64,000 nt of DNA from Actinomycetota bacterium (GCA_016870395.1 VGBT01000001.1:4376-68375); one strand, 5' to 3'. Counted from the first letter of the stretch, positions 41,082-50,222 are shown. A program made the numbers and translations. Notes: generated from the sequence alone by a model not told the origin.

Positions 41082-41276
41082 CACGCATCTCGCTGACCGG
41101 CCCGGGCTCCGGGTGGTCCGGGCCTGAGCACCGGCACCGAGGTCACCGAGCGGTGGCCGTCGTTGGTGCCGCTCAGATTCCGGCAAGTTGGGCCGGGGTG
41201 ACGGCGCGTTCGTAGCGGGTCTACGATTCTTCTTGCCGCCGGGAGCCGTGGGAGCCCTGGACGGCGGAGGTACACC

Positions 41277-42170
41277 ATGGCGCCGACCGCGTCCACGCGA
41301 CCCCGTCCTCTCAGCGCGCCCGACATCGCGGCCGCGAAGGGCGACGGCCATCCGCTCGTGATGGTCACTGCCTACGACGCGCCGACCGCGCGCATCGTCG
41401 ACGAGTCGGGGGCCGACATGATCCTCGTCGGCGACTCCCTGGCGATGGTCGTGCTCGGCTACGACGACACGCTCCAGGTGAGCACCGCGGACATGGCGCA
41501 CCACGTGGCCGCGGTTGCCCGCACCAAACCTCGGGCCCTGATCGTGGGCGACCTGCCCTGGCTCAGCTACCACTTGTCGCGCGAGGAGACGGTGCGCAAC
41601 GCGGCCACCCTGGTCCGGGCCGGCGCGGGCGCCGTGAAGCTCGAGGGCGGGCGCAAGCGCCTTGACTCGGTGAGCGCGATCCTCGACACCGAGATCCCGG
41701 TGATGGGCCACCTCGGCCTCACTCCCCAGTCGGTGCACGCGATCGGCGGCTTCAAGGTGCAGGGCCGTGAGCTCGATGCGGCGCGGGCGATCGTCGACGA
41801 CGCCGTCGCCCTGGCCGAGGCGGGCTGCTTCGCCATCGTGCTCGAGTGCGTGCCCGACGGTGTCGCGCGGATGGTCACCGACGCGCTCGACGTGCCGACG
41901 ATCGGGATCGGTGCCGGTCGGCACTGCGACGGTCAGGTGCTGGTGTTCCACGACCTCGTGGGGCTCGAGGACCGCAAGGTGCCGAAGTTCGTCCGCCGCT
42001 ACGCGGACATGCTCGGGATGGGGCTCGACGCCGTCGGCCGGTTCGTCGCCGACGTGCGCGCCGGGACGTTCCCGTCGAGCGAGGAGACCTACCACATGAC
42101 CGACCGGATGGCCGAGGCCCTCGACCTCTACGGCGAGGCCCCTCCGGTGAGTGTCACACCCCCCGCGTAG
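41277..42170 (+). CDS. panB: 3-methyl-2-oxobutanoate hydroxymethyltransferase
   Basis: ...PLVMVTAYDAPTARIVDESGADMILVGDSLAMVVLGYDDTL...VKLEGG...GHLGLTPQS...IVLECVP. Confidence 0.92.
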   Translation: MAPTASTRPRPLSAPDIAAAKGDGHPLVMVTAYDAPTARIVDESGADMILVGDSLAMVVLGYDDTLQVSTADMAHHVAAVARTKPRALIVGDLPWLSYHLSREETVRNAATLVRAGAGAVKLEGGRKRLDSVSAILDTEIPVMGHLGLTPQSVHAIGGFKVQGRELDAARAIVDDAVALAEAGCFAIVLECVPDGVARMVTDALDVPTIGIGAGRHCDGQVLVFHDLVGLEDRKVPKFVRRYADMLGMGLDAVGRFVADVRAGTFPSSEETYHMTDRMAEALDLYGEAPPVSVTPPA

Positions 42171-42312
42171 GGTTCACCCCGATAGGTCAGCGTCGGAGCT
42201 CTACCGGGAGGGGCTGCTAGCCTCCTCCGGTTCCACCGGGCCCTGGGTCCGGACAACCAGCCCTGCTCCCCGGCACCGTGGTGAGGCTTGTCGCCTCGGT
42301 GAACCTGGGAGC

Positions 42313-42333
42313 CCGCAGGCGGATCGCCTGCGG
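42313..42333 (+). promoter_or_regulatory. Stable hairpin in the rpsF 5' leader (possible S6:S18 autoregulatory element)
   Basis: CCGCAGGCG-gat-CGCCTGCGG has 9-bp perfect arms and ends 4 nt before the SD gaaggagg of rpsF. Confidence 0.35.
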
Positions 42334-42353
42334 TCCGAAGGAGGTGACGGCCC

Positions 42354-42707
42354 ATGCGGCCGTACGAGGTCATGGTCATCCTCGACGCGGACCTGGAGGA
42401 GGAGACCATCCGGTCCGCCGTCGATCGCTATGTCGCGCTGCTCGAGTCGAAGGGCGCCCAGAAGGGCCCGGTCGACCTCTGGGGCAAGCGGCGGTTCGCC
42501 TACGAGGTCAAGCACCGCTGGGAGGGCTACTACGTCGTCCTCCAGGCGAAGGCCGAGCCCGCGGCGATGGACGAGCTGCACCGGACGCTCTCCCTGGCAG
42601 ACGAGGTCATCCGCCACAAGGTGCTGCGCATCCCCGAGCACGTCTACGGGAAGCTCGGCGGCACCCCCACGGCGGAACCGACAGAAAGAGCAGCAAACGA
42701 TGGCTGA
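42354..42707 (+). CDS. rpsF: 30S ribosomal protein S6
   Basis: MRPYEVMVILDADLEEE...WGKRRFAYEVKHRWEGYYVVLQ... Confidence 0.95.
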   Translation: MRPYEVMVILDADLEEETIRSAVDRYVALLESKGAQKGPVDLWGKRRFAYEVKHRWEGYYVVLQAKAEPAAMDELHRTLSLADEVIRHKVLRIPEHVYGKLGGTPTAEPTERAANDG

Positions 42708-43194
42708 CAACGCGATCACCGTGGTGGGGAACCTCACCCGAGACCCCGAGATCCGCTACACCGCCGGAGGCCAGCCCCAGGCTCGCCTGGGGGTGGCCGT
42801 GAGCCGGCGCTGGCAGAACCGCCAGACCAACGAGTGGGAGGAGCGCACCAGCTTCTTCAACGTCACCGTGTGGGGCGACCAGGCCGAGAACATCTCGTCG
42901 TCGCTCTCGAAGGGCAACCGCGTCATCGTCAACGGCCGGCTCGAGCAGCGCAGCTGGGAGCCCGAGCCGGGCGAGAAGCGCTCGGTCGTCGAGATCGTCG
43001 CGGACGAGGTCGGCCCGAGCCTGCGCTGGGCGACGGCGGAGGTCAACCGCACCGAGCGCCGGGGTCCCGGTAGCGGTGGCGGGGACTTCGGCGGTGGGGC
43101 CGGCGGTGGCGGTGGCGGCGCGAGCCGGCCCGCCGGGGGCGCCGGGGGCGCGGCTCCGGCCTACGAGGATTTCGGGGACGAGGAGCCCTTCTAG
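42700..43194 (+). CDS. ssb: Single-stranded DNA-binding protein
   Basis: [40 protein letters not shown]...[13 protein letters not shown]. There is a Gly-rich linker and an acidic tip, DFGDEEPF. Confidence 0.95.
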   Translation: MADNAITVVGNLTRDPEIRYTAGGQPQARLGVAVSRRWQNRQTNEWEERTSFFNVTVWGDQAENISSSLSKGNRVIVNGRLEQRSWEPEPGEKRSVVEIVADEVGPSLRWATAEVNRTERRGPGSGGGDFGGGAGGGGGGASRPAGGAGGAAPAYEDFGDEEPF

Positions 43195-43222
43195 GGCTGC
43201 GAGATCGCGGGAGAGCGAGACG

Positions 43223-43705
43223 ATGGCGAGAGACAGAGACCGGCGAAAGGGTGGCGCCGCCGCAGACCGGCGGCGCCAGCCCAAGAAGAAGATCTCGATC
43301 CTGACCCAGGAGAAGATCGACTGGGTCGACTACAAGGACGTGAACCTGCTGCGGCGGTTCATGTCGGAGCGGGCCAAGATCCGGGCGCGCCGCGTGACCG
43401 GCAACAGCACCCAGCAGCAGCGCGCGGTGGCGCAGGCGATCCGGGTCGCCCGCGAGATGGCGCTGCTGCCCTACAGCGTCCGCCAGGTGACCCAGCGCGG
43501 TGGGCGCGGACGCCGTGACCGGGACCGCCCCGACCTCTCCGCTCCGATGCCCACCCCCGATGCGCCGCCGCCGGTCGTCGTCGACGACGACGTCGATGGG
43601 CCCGAGGGCGTGTCGTTCGAAGCCGGTGCGACCGAGGTCACCGAGGTGCTCGACGCCTCGGCGGAGGTCGTGGAGGCTGCGATCGAGCAGGAGGTCGGGG
43701 AATGA
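43223..43705 (+). CDS. rpsR: 30S ribosomal protein S18 with about 75-aa C-terminal extension
   Basis: The S18 core is [53 protein letters not shown]. It is followed by an RG-rich then Pro- and acid-rich tail up to an ATGA overlap with rplI. Confidence 0.9.
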   Translation: MARDRDRRKGGAAADRRRQPKKKISILTQEKIDWVDYKDVNLLRRFMSERAKIRARRVTGNSTQQQRAVAQAIRVAREMALLPYSVRQVTQRGGRGRRDRDRPDLSAPMPTPDAPPPVVVDDDVDGPEGVSFEAGATEVTEVLDASAEVVEAAIEQEVGE

Positions 43706-44148
43706 AGGTCGTGCTGCGCTCCGACGTCGAGTCGCTGGGCAAGAAGGGTGACCTGCTCGAGGTCGCGAACGGCTACGCCCGCAACTACCTGGTACCCCGG
43801 GGTCTCGCGATCGTCGCGACGAAGGGCGTCGTGGCCCAGGCCGCGTCGATGCGGCGCAACCGCGAGGTGCGCGATGCCCGCGACCGGGAGGCGGCCCAGG
43901 AGCTGGCTGGGCGGCTCACCGCCGCGGCCGTCCAGATCAAGGTGCGCGCCGGCGAGGGCGGCAAGCTGTTCGGCTCCGTGACGGCCGCGGACGTCGCCGC
44001 CGCCATCGCGGCGGTCTCGGGCGTCGAGCTCGACCGGCGCAAGGTCGAGCTCGCGGAGCCGCTCAAGGCGCTCGGGCCGTTCGAGGTGACCGTCCGCCTG
44101 CACCCCGAAGTCGTCGTCGCGATCCCGATCGAGGTCGTCGCCGAGTAG
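43702..44148 (+). CDS. rplI: 50S ribosomal protein L9
   Basis: [36 protein letters not shown]... Confidence 0.95.
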   Translation: MKVVLRSDVESLGKKGDLLEVANGYARNYLVPRGLAIVATKGVVAQAASMRRNREVRDARDREAAQELAGRLTAAAVQIKVRAGEGGKLFGSVTAADVAAAIAAVSGVELDRRKVELAEPLKALGPFEVTVRLHPEVVVAIPIEVVAE

Positions 44149-44257
44149 CCGCGTTCTCCCGGGATCCGCGTTTGCTGTCACACCCCTGAACGACAATGGG
44201 TTGCGCGCGCTTTCGCCCCGACCGCCCACCCGATCGGCTTGGGGATGACGGACCGCG

Positions 44258-44277
44258 TGATCCACAGGTCATCCACA
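44258..44277. promoter_or_regulatory. Two DnaA-box-like direct repeats T(G/C)ATCCACAGG spaced 11 bp, upstream of dnaB
   Basis: TGATCCACA is at 44258-44266 and TCATCCACA at 44269-44277. Each has a 7/9 match to TTATCCACA with an intact ATCCACA core. A related CTCCCCACAGG lies at 44314-44324. Confidence 0.35.
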
Positions 44278-44457
44278 GGGAATTCACACGAGAAACCGGG
44301 GTTTTGCCTCTTCCTCCCCACAGGGGGTGGATGCGACCATGCCCGGGGCCCACGGCGTAGAGCCGGCGTCGAACCAGGGTCGGCGGAAAGCGGTCTGCAC
44401 CACCGCCCTGGGCACTCGGAACGCTCGTGTGCGGACGGGCAGGATCGAAGGGGACGC

Positions 44458-45819
44458 GTGGTCCAGATCGACGACGAGCGGGCGAGTCGACGCGGTGCCG
44501 GCCGGGTCCCGCCGCACAACCTCGAGGCCGAGGAGTCGCTGCTCGGAGCGATGCTCCTGAGCCGCGACGCGATCACGGCCGCGGTGGAGGCCCGGGTCGA
44601 CGCGGCCGACTTCTACAAGCCCGCCCACGCCCACGTCTTCGAGTCGATCTGGTCGCTCTACGAGCAGGGTGAGCCCGTAGACCCGGTGACGGTCGCCGAG
44701 GAGCTCCGGCGCAAGGAGCTGCTCGAGCCCCTCGGCGGCAAGGGGATGCTGCTCGGGATCCAGGCCGCCACGCCGGCCTCGGCCAACGCGGGTCACTACG
44801 CAAAGATCGTCAGCGAGCTCGCGCTGCTACGCCGTCTGATCACCGTGTCGGGCGAGATCGCCGAGTCGGCCTACGCCCAGCCCGACGACGTGACCGCGAC
44901 GGTCGACCGGGCCGAGGCGATGGTCTTCGAGGTCGCCGAGAAGCGCATCTCCGAGTCGCTCGTGCGCGTGTTCGAGTCGATCACCCAGACCGTCGACCAG
45001 CTCGAGGCCCTCTACGGCGAGGACGACGCGCTCACCGGTGTGCCCACCGGCTACAACGACCTCGACGGGATCCTGCTCGGGCTCCAGCCCTCGACGCTCG
45101 TGATCGCCGCGGCCAGGCCGGGGATGGGGAAGTCGAGCTTCGCGCTCGGTGCCGCCGCGAACGTCGCGATGGTGAGTCGGCGTCCGGTCGTCTTCTTCTC
45201 GATGGAGATGGGCTCGCTCGAGCTCACCAAGCGCATGCTCGCGGCCGAGGCGCGGGTCGAGGCGCGCAAGCTGCAGACCGGCAAGCTCAACGACGCCGAC
45301 TGGGGCCGGCTGCACACCGCGATGAGCCATCTAGGTGATTCGCCCATGTTCATCGACGACAACCCGCACTGCACCGTGATGGAGATGCGGGCGAAGGCTC
45401 GCCGCATCAAGGCGCGCTACGGCGACCTCGGGCTGATCGTCGTGGACTACCTGCAGCTGATGAGCTCGCCGCACCGGGTGGAGAGCCGACAGGTGGAGGT
45501 GTCGGACTTCTCGCGAGGCCTCAAGATCCTCGCCCGCGAGCTCGACTGCCCGGTGCTCGCGCTCAGCCAGCTGAACCGCCAGCTCGAGTACCGCCAGGAC
45601 AAGCGCCCGATGCTGGCCGACCTTCGTGAGTCGGGATCACTCGAACAAGACGCGGACGTCGTGCTGTTCATCTACCGCGACGAGGCGTACAACCCGGAGT
45701 CCGACCAGCGCGGTGTCGTGGAGCTGATCGTGGCGAAGCACCGCAACGGCCCCACCGGCTCGGCGCGCCTCGCGTTCCTCGACCACTTCGTGAAGTTCGC
45801 CAACATGGCCAAGGACTGA
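44458..45819 (+). CDS. dnaB: Replicative DNA helicase DnaB (no intein)
   Basis: PPHNLEAEESLLGAMLL is present. Walker A is AARPGMGKSSFAL and Walker B is LIVVDYLQLM, with RGLKILARELDCPVLALSQLNR. GTG 44458 follows SD gaagggga. 453 aa. Confidence 0.93.
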   Translation: MVQIDDERASRRGAGRVPPHNLEAEESLLGAMLLSRDAITAAVEARVDAADFYKPAHAHVFESIWSLYEQGEPVDPVTVAEELRRKELLEPLGGKGMLLGIQAATPASANAGHYAKIVSELALLRRLITVSGEIAESAYAQPDDVTATVDRAEAMVFEVAEKRISESLVRVFESITQTVDQLEALYGEDDALTGVPTGYNDLDGILLGLQPSTLVIAAARPGMGKSSFALGAAANVAMVSRRPVVFFSMEMGSLELTKRMLAAEARVEARKLQTGKLNDADWGRLHTAMSHLGDSPMFIDDNPHCTVMEMRAKARRIKARYGDLGLIVVDYLQLMSSPHRVESRQVEVSDFSRGLKILARELDCPVLALSQLNRQLEYRQDKRPMLADLRESGSLEQDADVVLFIYRDEAYNPESDQRGVVELIVAKHRNGPTGSARLAFLDHFVKFANMAKD

Positions 45820-45835
45820 CCGCCGGCGCCCGGAG

Positions 45836-46318
45836 TCAGGTGGGCCTCGACCAGTCTCGATTCGGGTCAGCGGGTGGTGCCTGGAAGCCGGGCCGAGGCC
45901 GCCAGCCCGATTCCTGGAGATCCTCGAGCACGTGGACCATGTTGAGCAGGTCCTCCTCGTAGGAGAACTTGCCGTTGCCCGCGTAGACGAGCGTCGAGAT
46001 GCCCGACTGCCGGTACTCGGAGCCGTCGGCGCGCGCCCCGGGCGTGACCTGGGCCCACTTGACCACCACGTGGTCCCCGTCGATCGCGCTGAACTCGATC
46101 GGGAAGCGCCAGTCGTCGAGGCCCCGCATCGACTCGTCGAGGAACGCACGCAGCTCGACGATGCCCTCGACGCGGCCCCACGCCGGGTCGAGGTAGACGA
46201 CGTCGTCGGTGAAGAAGTCGGCGAGATCGGTCCACGTGGCGTCGCCGGCTTCGATGCTGGCGCGCAGCGCGCAGTATCGATCGACCGTGGCCTGGACTTC
46301 TTCACGGGGATGGGACAT
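45836..46318 (-). CDS. SnoaL-like / NTF2-fold protein
   Basis: 160 aa. VDRYCALRASIEAGDATWTDLADFFTDDVVYLDPAWGRVEG...DHVVVKW is typical of the SnoaL_2 fold. Confidence 0.65.
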   Translation of the reverse strand: MSHPREEVQATVDRYCALRASIEAGDATWTDLADFFTDDVVYLDPAWGRVEGIVELRAFLDESMRGLDDWRFPIEFSAIDGDHVVVKWAQVTPGARADGSEYRQSGISTLVYAGNGKFSYEEDLLNMVHVLEDLQESGWRPRPGFQAPPADPNRDWSRPT

Positions 46319-46408
46319 CGATCGCTCCTCTCTCGTGGGCGCCTTCGCCGCCGCCCGGGGCGGCCGGTGTCGGTGTGGGCGGCTTCGGCTCCTGACTGCT
46401 CGGTCGGC

Positions 46409-47068
46409 TCAGAACAGCTTCATGGTGGGGCTATCGTGCTCGCGCAGGTCGGCGAGCGCCACCTCGACGCACTCAACCCCGCGGCTCTCGGCGAACACGC
46501 GGGCCTGCGGCTTGATGTGGGTCGCGACGAACATGCCGCGTGTCGGCGCCAACCGCGAGTCGAGGTCAAGGCGCTCCTGGTAGCGCAGCAGCTGCTCGAC
46601 GCCGGCGATCTCGCCGACGCGCTTGATCTCGACCGCGACGGCTCGACCGTCGGCGTCGCGACAGAGCAGGTCGATCGGGCCGATGTCGGTCGGGTACTCG
46701 CGGCGCACGAGGGTGAGGCCGTCGCGCAGCGCCTGCACCCGCGCCGCGATGAGCTGCTGCAGCTCGGCCTCGACCCCCTCTTTCTCGAGCCCCGGGTCGT
46801 CGCCGAGCTCGAAGCGCCGGTCCTCGATCACCTCGTGCAGCTCGACGCGCAGCACCTCGCCCTTGGGGCTCTCGGCGACCAGGACGCCGTCACGTTCCCG
46901 GATCTCGCAGGGGGGGCTCATCCAGTTGAGCGGCTTGTACGCGCGTGCGTCGCAGTGCACCGCGATCGAGCCGTCGGCCTTCAGGAGTACCAGGCGCAGC
47001 GCGGGTGGGAGCCGGGCGCCGAGGCGGCCCTCGTAGGTGACCGAGCAGCGGGCGACGATGACGCGCAC
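46409..47068 (-). CDS. nucS: Endonuclease NucS/EndoMS (non-canonical mismatch repair)
   Basis: VRVIVARCSVTYEGRLGARLP...LLKADGSIAVHCD...YPTDIGPIDLLCRDADGRAVAVEIKRVGEIAGVEQLLRY. 219 aa from GTG 47068. Confidence 0.9.
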   Translation of the reverse strand: MRVIVARCSVTYEGRLGARLPPALRLVLLKADGSIAVHCDARAYKPLNWMSPPCEIRERDGVLVAESPKGEVLRVELHEVIEDRRFELGDDPGLEKEGVEAELQQLIAARVQALRDGLTLVRREYPTDIGPIDLLCRDADGRAVAVEIKRVGEIAGVEQLLRYQERLDLDSRLAPTRGMFVATHIKPQARVFAESRGVECVEVALADLREHDSPTMKLF

Positions 47069-47181
47069 GGCCGGATGTTGGCACAGGCATCCGAGGGATC
47101 CACTTGGTGCGGGAACCGCAACGGTTCCAAGCAGCGTCCAACGCCACGCGAGAGGAACCAGACGAGACGAGGAGGTGCGCG

Positions 47182-48123
47182 ATGGGCGCCAGGCGTTGGT
47201 TCGGAGTCGCAGCAGTCGTGGTGGTGGTCCTGTTGGCCACCGGGGGCATCGTCGCGTCGATCTCGGGCGGGGACGGCCTGCGGCGGGCACGAGACACGAG
47301 CCGCTCGGACCCGATGGTCGTGGCCGAAGACGGGATGGCGCCCCACGCGCCCGCGGGGTCGGCGGCCCTCGTGGACGAGACGACCTCGAGCGGTGACGAA
47401 AGCACGGCCGCGCAGAGGGTGGTCAGGTCGGCCGATCCGATCCCGGTCCTGCCGACGCGGGTGGTCAAGACCGCGACGCTCTCGCTCGACGTGCGGCGCG
47501 GCCGGCTCGACGACGCGTACGCGTCGGTGCTCGGCACCGTCGAGGGTAGCGGTGGGTTCGTCGCGGGAAGCAGCCGGTCGAAGGGCCGCGCCGAGCTCAC
47601 CCTTCGGATCCCGGCCACTCGGTTCGAGACGACGGTCGCGGCGCTGCGGGGGATCGGCGAGGTGACCGACGAGTCGGTCTCGGGTGAGGACATCACCGCG
47701 CAGTACGTGGACCTGGAGTCTCGCCTGCGCAACCTTCGCGCTCAGGAGGCGGTGCTGCTCGACCTCATGCGCCGGGCCGAGACCGTGCAGGACTCGATCG
47801 CAGTCCAGCAGCAGCTCTCGGGCGTGACCGCGCAGGTCGAGCAGCTCGAAGGCCAGCGCCGGTTGCTCGACGACCAGTCGGGGTTCGGCACGCTCTTGGT
47901 GGCGCTCGCGGTGACCGGCGTGCCGTCGGGATCACCGGCGCAGCCGTCGACGCTCGCTCGGGCCTGGGAGGACGCGACCGGTGTCGCGCTCGACGTCGTC
48001 GGTGGCGTGATCGTGGTCCTAGGCGCGTTGGTGCCTCTTGCCGTTCTCGGGGCGCTGCTCGGATTGCCGGTGTGGCTTTTGCTGCGAGGCCGTCGCAAGC
48101 AGATCGGTACGCTGGCTCCGTGA
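47182..48123 (+). CDS. DUF4349-domain membrane-anchored protein
   Basis: There is an N-terminal TM helix. The sequence continues VVKTATLSLDVRRG...ELTLRIPATRFETTVAALRGIGEV...EDITAQYVDLESRLRNLRAQEAVLLDLM. A C-terminal TM helix is present. SD gaggagg lies before ATG 47182. Confidence 0.75.
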   Translation: MGARRWFGVAAVVVVVLLATGGIVASISGGDGLRRARDTSRSDPMVVAEDGMAPHAPAGSAALVDETTSSGDESTAAQRVVRSADPIPVLPTRVVKTATLSLDVRRGRLDDAYASVLGTVEGSGGFVAGSSRSKGRAELTLRIPATRFETTVAALRGIGEVTDESVSGEDITAQYVDLESRLRNLRAQEAVLLDLMRRAETVQDSIAVQQQLSGVTAQVEQLEGQRRLLDDQSGFGTLLVALAVTGVPSGSPAQPSTLARAWEDATGVALDVVGGVIVVLGALVPLAVLGALLGLPVWLLLRGRRKQIGTLAP

Positions 48124-48407
48124 GCAGTTTCTACGACGACGTGCTCCGGGAGCTCGTCGTTGCCCTCGGCGCCGCGCTGTTCGTGGCCAACGTGCTGGCG
48201 CTGCTCCGCCGACGTCGCGACGCCGAGGAGCGGGGCGCGAGGAGCAAGGCGCGAAGTGCGAAGGCCAAGGGCAGCTCTCGGGTGGTCACGACGGGCCGCA
48301 CGCGCGAGGGCGAGCTCGTGCAGGCCCCCGTCGCCCGATCGCTGGTGTTCGCGATCCTCGGTCTCGTGATGACGATCGCCGGGCTCGCCGCGATCGTGGC
48401 GCAGTAG
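48120..48407 (+). CDS. Small two-TM membrane protein of unknown function
   Basis: GTGA overlap with the upstream gene. The helices LVVALGAALFVANVLALL and LVFAILGLVMTIAGLAAIV flank a basic loop. Confidence 0.45.
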   Translation: MSSFYDDVLRELVVALGAALFVANVLALLRRRRDAEERGARSKARSAKAKGSSRVVTTGRTREGELVQAPVARSLVFAILGLVMTIAGLAAIVAQ

Positions 48408-48718
48408 CCCGGCAGACCCCGGTACATCCAGGTCGGCCGTGCCTTCGGCGTAGATCAGGGAGATGCCGGGAGCGCCTGAGCGTCCACGGCGGGCTCGTCG
48501 GGCCCACCTCCCCAACCGAGGGGCTCTGTTGCGTTGAGTCGGATCTGGGCGCGGTGGGGTGTGAGTCGCCGTCGGGTTGCAGCTCAGATCGTGGCGGCGA
48601 GGTCGGTGAACGCTTGCTCGACTCGTCGGTGGATGACGCGGACCCCGGTGGCGCGTTGACGGTTGTCCTGGCCTGAGGGCTTGGGGCATGGTCGCTCACT
48701 GAACCTCGAAGGAGGAAC

Positions 48719-49036
48719 GTGAGCGAGAAGCGCAAGTACCGGACGTTCAGCCCGGAGCAGAAGACCGAGATCGTTCTCGCGGGTCTGCGCGGTGACCGCA
48801 CGGTGCGGGATGTGTGCCGCGAGGCGGGGATCGCCGAGACCCTCTACTACCAGTGGCGTGACCGCCTGCTGGAGGGTGGGAAGGCGGCCCTGGCGACGAG
48901 CCGCGATCGGGGCAAGGACCCGACCGAGCTCGAACTCCGCGAGGCGAAGAAGCGGATCGCCAAGCTGGAACGGTCGCTCGGCCGCAAGACCTACGAAGCG
49001 GAGGTCGCGGGGGAACTCTTGCGGGACTGGACGTGA
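48719..49036 (+). CDS. IS3-family transposase OrfA (HTH)
   Basis: KRKYRTFSPEQKTEIVLAGLRGDRTVRDVCREAGIAETLYYQWRDRLLEGG plus a leucine-zipper-like ELREAKKRIAKLERSL. SD gaaggagg lies before the GTG start. Confidence 0.85.
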   Translation: MSEKRKYRTFSPEQKTEIVLAGLRGDRTVRDVCREAGIAETLYYQWRDRLLEGGKAALATSRDRGKDPTELELREAKKRIAKLERSLGRKTYEAEVAGELLRDWT

Positions 49037-49893
49037 GCGTCCGCGTGTCCAGAGCCCGCGCGGTCGTCGCCACCGGACGACGCCCCATGGTGGTGGCGAA
49101 GGTGGCGGGCATCTCTCGGCAGGCGATCTACCGGCCACCGACGCGTCGGCCCGCCGCGGCTGGTCCCGGTCGGGTGGGTCCGGACGATCAGGCGATCGTC
49201 GAGGTCGCCAAGGCCAACGCGACTGACGGGACCCGGATGGTCGCGGCGATCGCGTCTCGGGAGCTCGGGAAGCCGGTGAACCGCAAGCGGGTGCAACGCG
49301 TCATGCGTACCCACAAGCTGCTCCAGCCGACGCGCGGGTCGGGCCGCCGGCGTCGGCCGGGGTTCTTCCGGGTGACGCGTCCGGACGAGCTGTGGCACAT
49401 CGACATGACCAAGGTCTGGACCGCGCAGCACGGCTGGGTCTACCTGCACGCGATGGTCGACTGCTGCACCCGGGAGATCACCGGCTGGAACCTCGAGCTG
49501 CGTTGCCGTGATGACGAAGCCATCGACGCCGTGGAGGAGGCGGTCCTCGCGCGGGGTGTTCGGCCCGGTGAGCTGACCCTTGGCAGCGACAACGGCAGCC
49601 AGTTCACCAGTCGGGACTTCCGCCGGCATCTCTCGGCGCGGGGGATCACCCACCGTCGTGGCGGCTACCGCGACCCCGAGAGCCAGGCGTTCATCGAGAG
49701 CTGGTTCGGGCAGTTCAAGAAGCGGTGCGCGTGGCGCGCCGAGTGGGAGACCATCGACCAGGCGAGAACCGAGATCGGCGCGTACATCGACGCGTACCAC
49801 CACCGGCCCCACTCCGGGCTCGGCTACCGCACCCCCCGAGAAGTCGCCAGCACCTGGCGAGACACCCCAGATCTACAAACCCGAGCGACCTGA
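49033..49893 (+). CDS. IS3-family transposase OrfB (rve/DDE integrase core)
   Basis: The DDE triad context is LWHIDMT, LGSDNGSQFTS and ESWFGQFKKR, followed by YHHRPHSGLGYRTP. The GTG start overlaps the orfA stop and the frame is -1 relative to orfA. Confidence 0.9.
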   Translation: MSVRVSRARAVVATGRRPMVVAKVAGISRQAIYRPPTRRPAAAGPGRVGPDDQAIVEVAKANATDGTRMVAAIASRELGKPVNRKRVQRVMRTHKLLQPTRGSGRRRRPGFFRVTRPDELWHIDMTKVWTAQHGWVYLHAMVDCCTREITGWNLELRCRDDEAIDAVEEAVLARGVRPGELTLGSDNGSQFTSRDFRRHLSARGITHRRGGYRDPESQAFIESWFGQFKKRCAWRAEWETIDQARTEIGAYIDAYHHRPHSGLGYRTPREVASTWRDTPDLQTRAT

Positions 49894-50064
49894 ACCGACA
49901 ACCAGAACGGGGTCCACGTCAGGAGGCGTGCCGAAACCGGCGGACACCCGAGCCGACGGCGACACGACCTCGTTAGGTCACGCGAAGGTCACGGTGCCGA
50001 TCTTGGCGTCGCCCACGACGAAGGCCCAGGCTCCGGAAACCCCGGATGACCTGGGCCTTCATGT

Positions 50065-50138
50065 TGGAGCGGGTGACGAGAATCGAACTCGCGTTCTCAG
50101 CTTGGGAAGCTGATGTTCTGCCTCTGAACTACACCCGC
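50065..50138 (-). tRNA. tRNA-Gly (anticodon CCC), CCA encoded
   Basis: The reverse complement is GCGGGTGTAGTTCAGAGGCAGAACATCAGCTTCCCAAGCTGAGAACGCGAGTTCGATTCTCGTCACCCGCTCCA. It forms a cloverleaf with anticodon loop TT-CCC-AA. Confidence 0.95.
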
Positions 50139-50222
50139 GGAGCCCTCGAACCTAGCAAAGCACCCCTGCAATGGGATCCCGTCGGCCGATCTGACGATCC
50201 GGGGCGCGGCAAAGGGGGCGAC

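Larger units (their letters stand above)
48660..49935 (+). mobile_element. IS3-family insertion sequence (boundaries approximate)
   Basis: Two-ORF transposase arrangement (orfA, then orfB in the -1 frame). It is the only transposase in the window. Terminal inverted repeats could not be defined by eye, so the ends are estimates. Confidence 0.6.

Noticed and set aside
40492-41088. N-terminal extension of the padR ORF (409-aa version)
   Set aside because: It is extremely Arg/Gly/Pro-rich and crosses the AT-rich operator-like spacer and the divergent gene. The PadR winged helix begins at ATG 40491.
44458-45819. Checked dnaB (and gyrA, 7049-9511) for inteins, since both are common intein hosts in Actinobacteria
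   Set aside because: Both have normal lengths (453 and 820 aa) with contiguous conserved motifs. Only gyrB is interrupted.
48655-49912. Candidate IS terminal inverted repeats (ACGGTTGTCCTGG on the left versus the complement of AACCGACAACCAG on the right)
   Set aside because: Only a 7-bp core (GGTTGTC) matches, the right copy overlaps the orfB stop, and no flanking direct repeat is visible. This is insufficient to define the IS ends.
49976-50062. 29-codon minus-strand ORF (MKAQVIRGFRSLG...) starting 3 nt from the tRNA-Gly 3' end, reminiscent of an oxidoreductase N-terminus
   Set aside because: It is too short and its start abuts the tRNA. The resemblance is limited to about 9 residues, and it could at most be a decayed remnant. 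It is not reportable as a gene.
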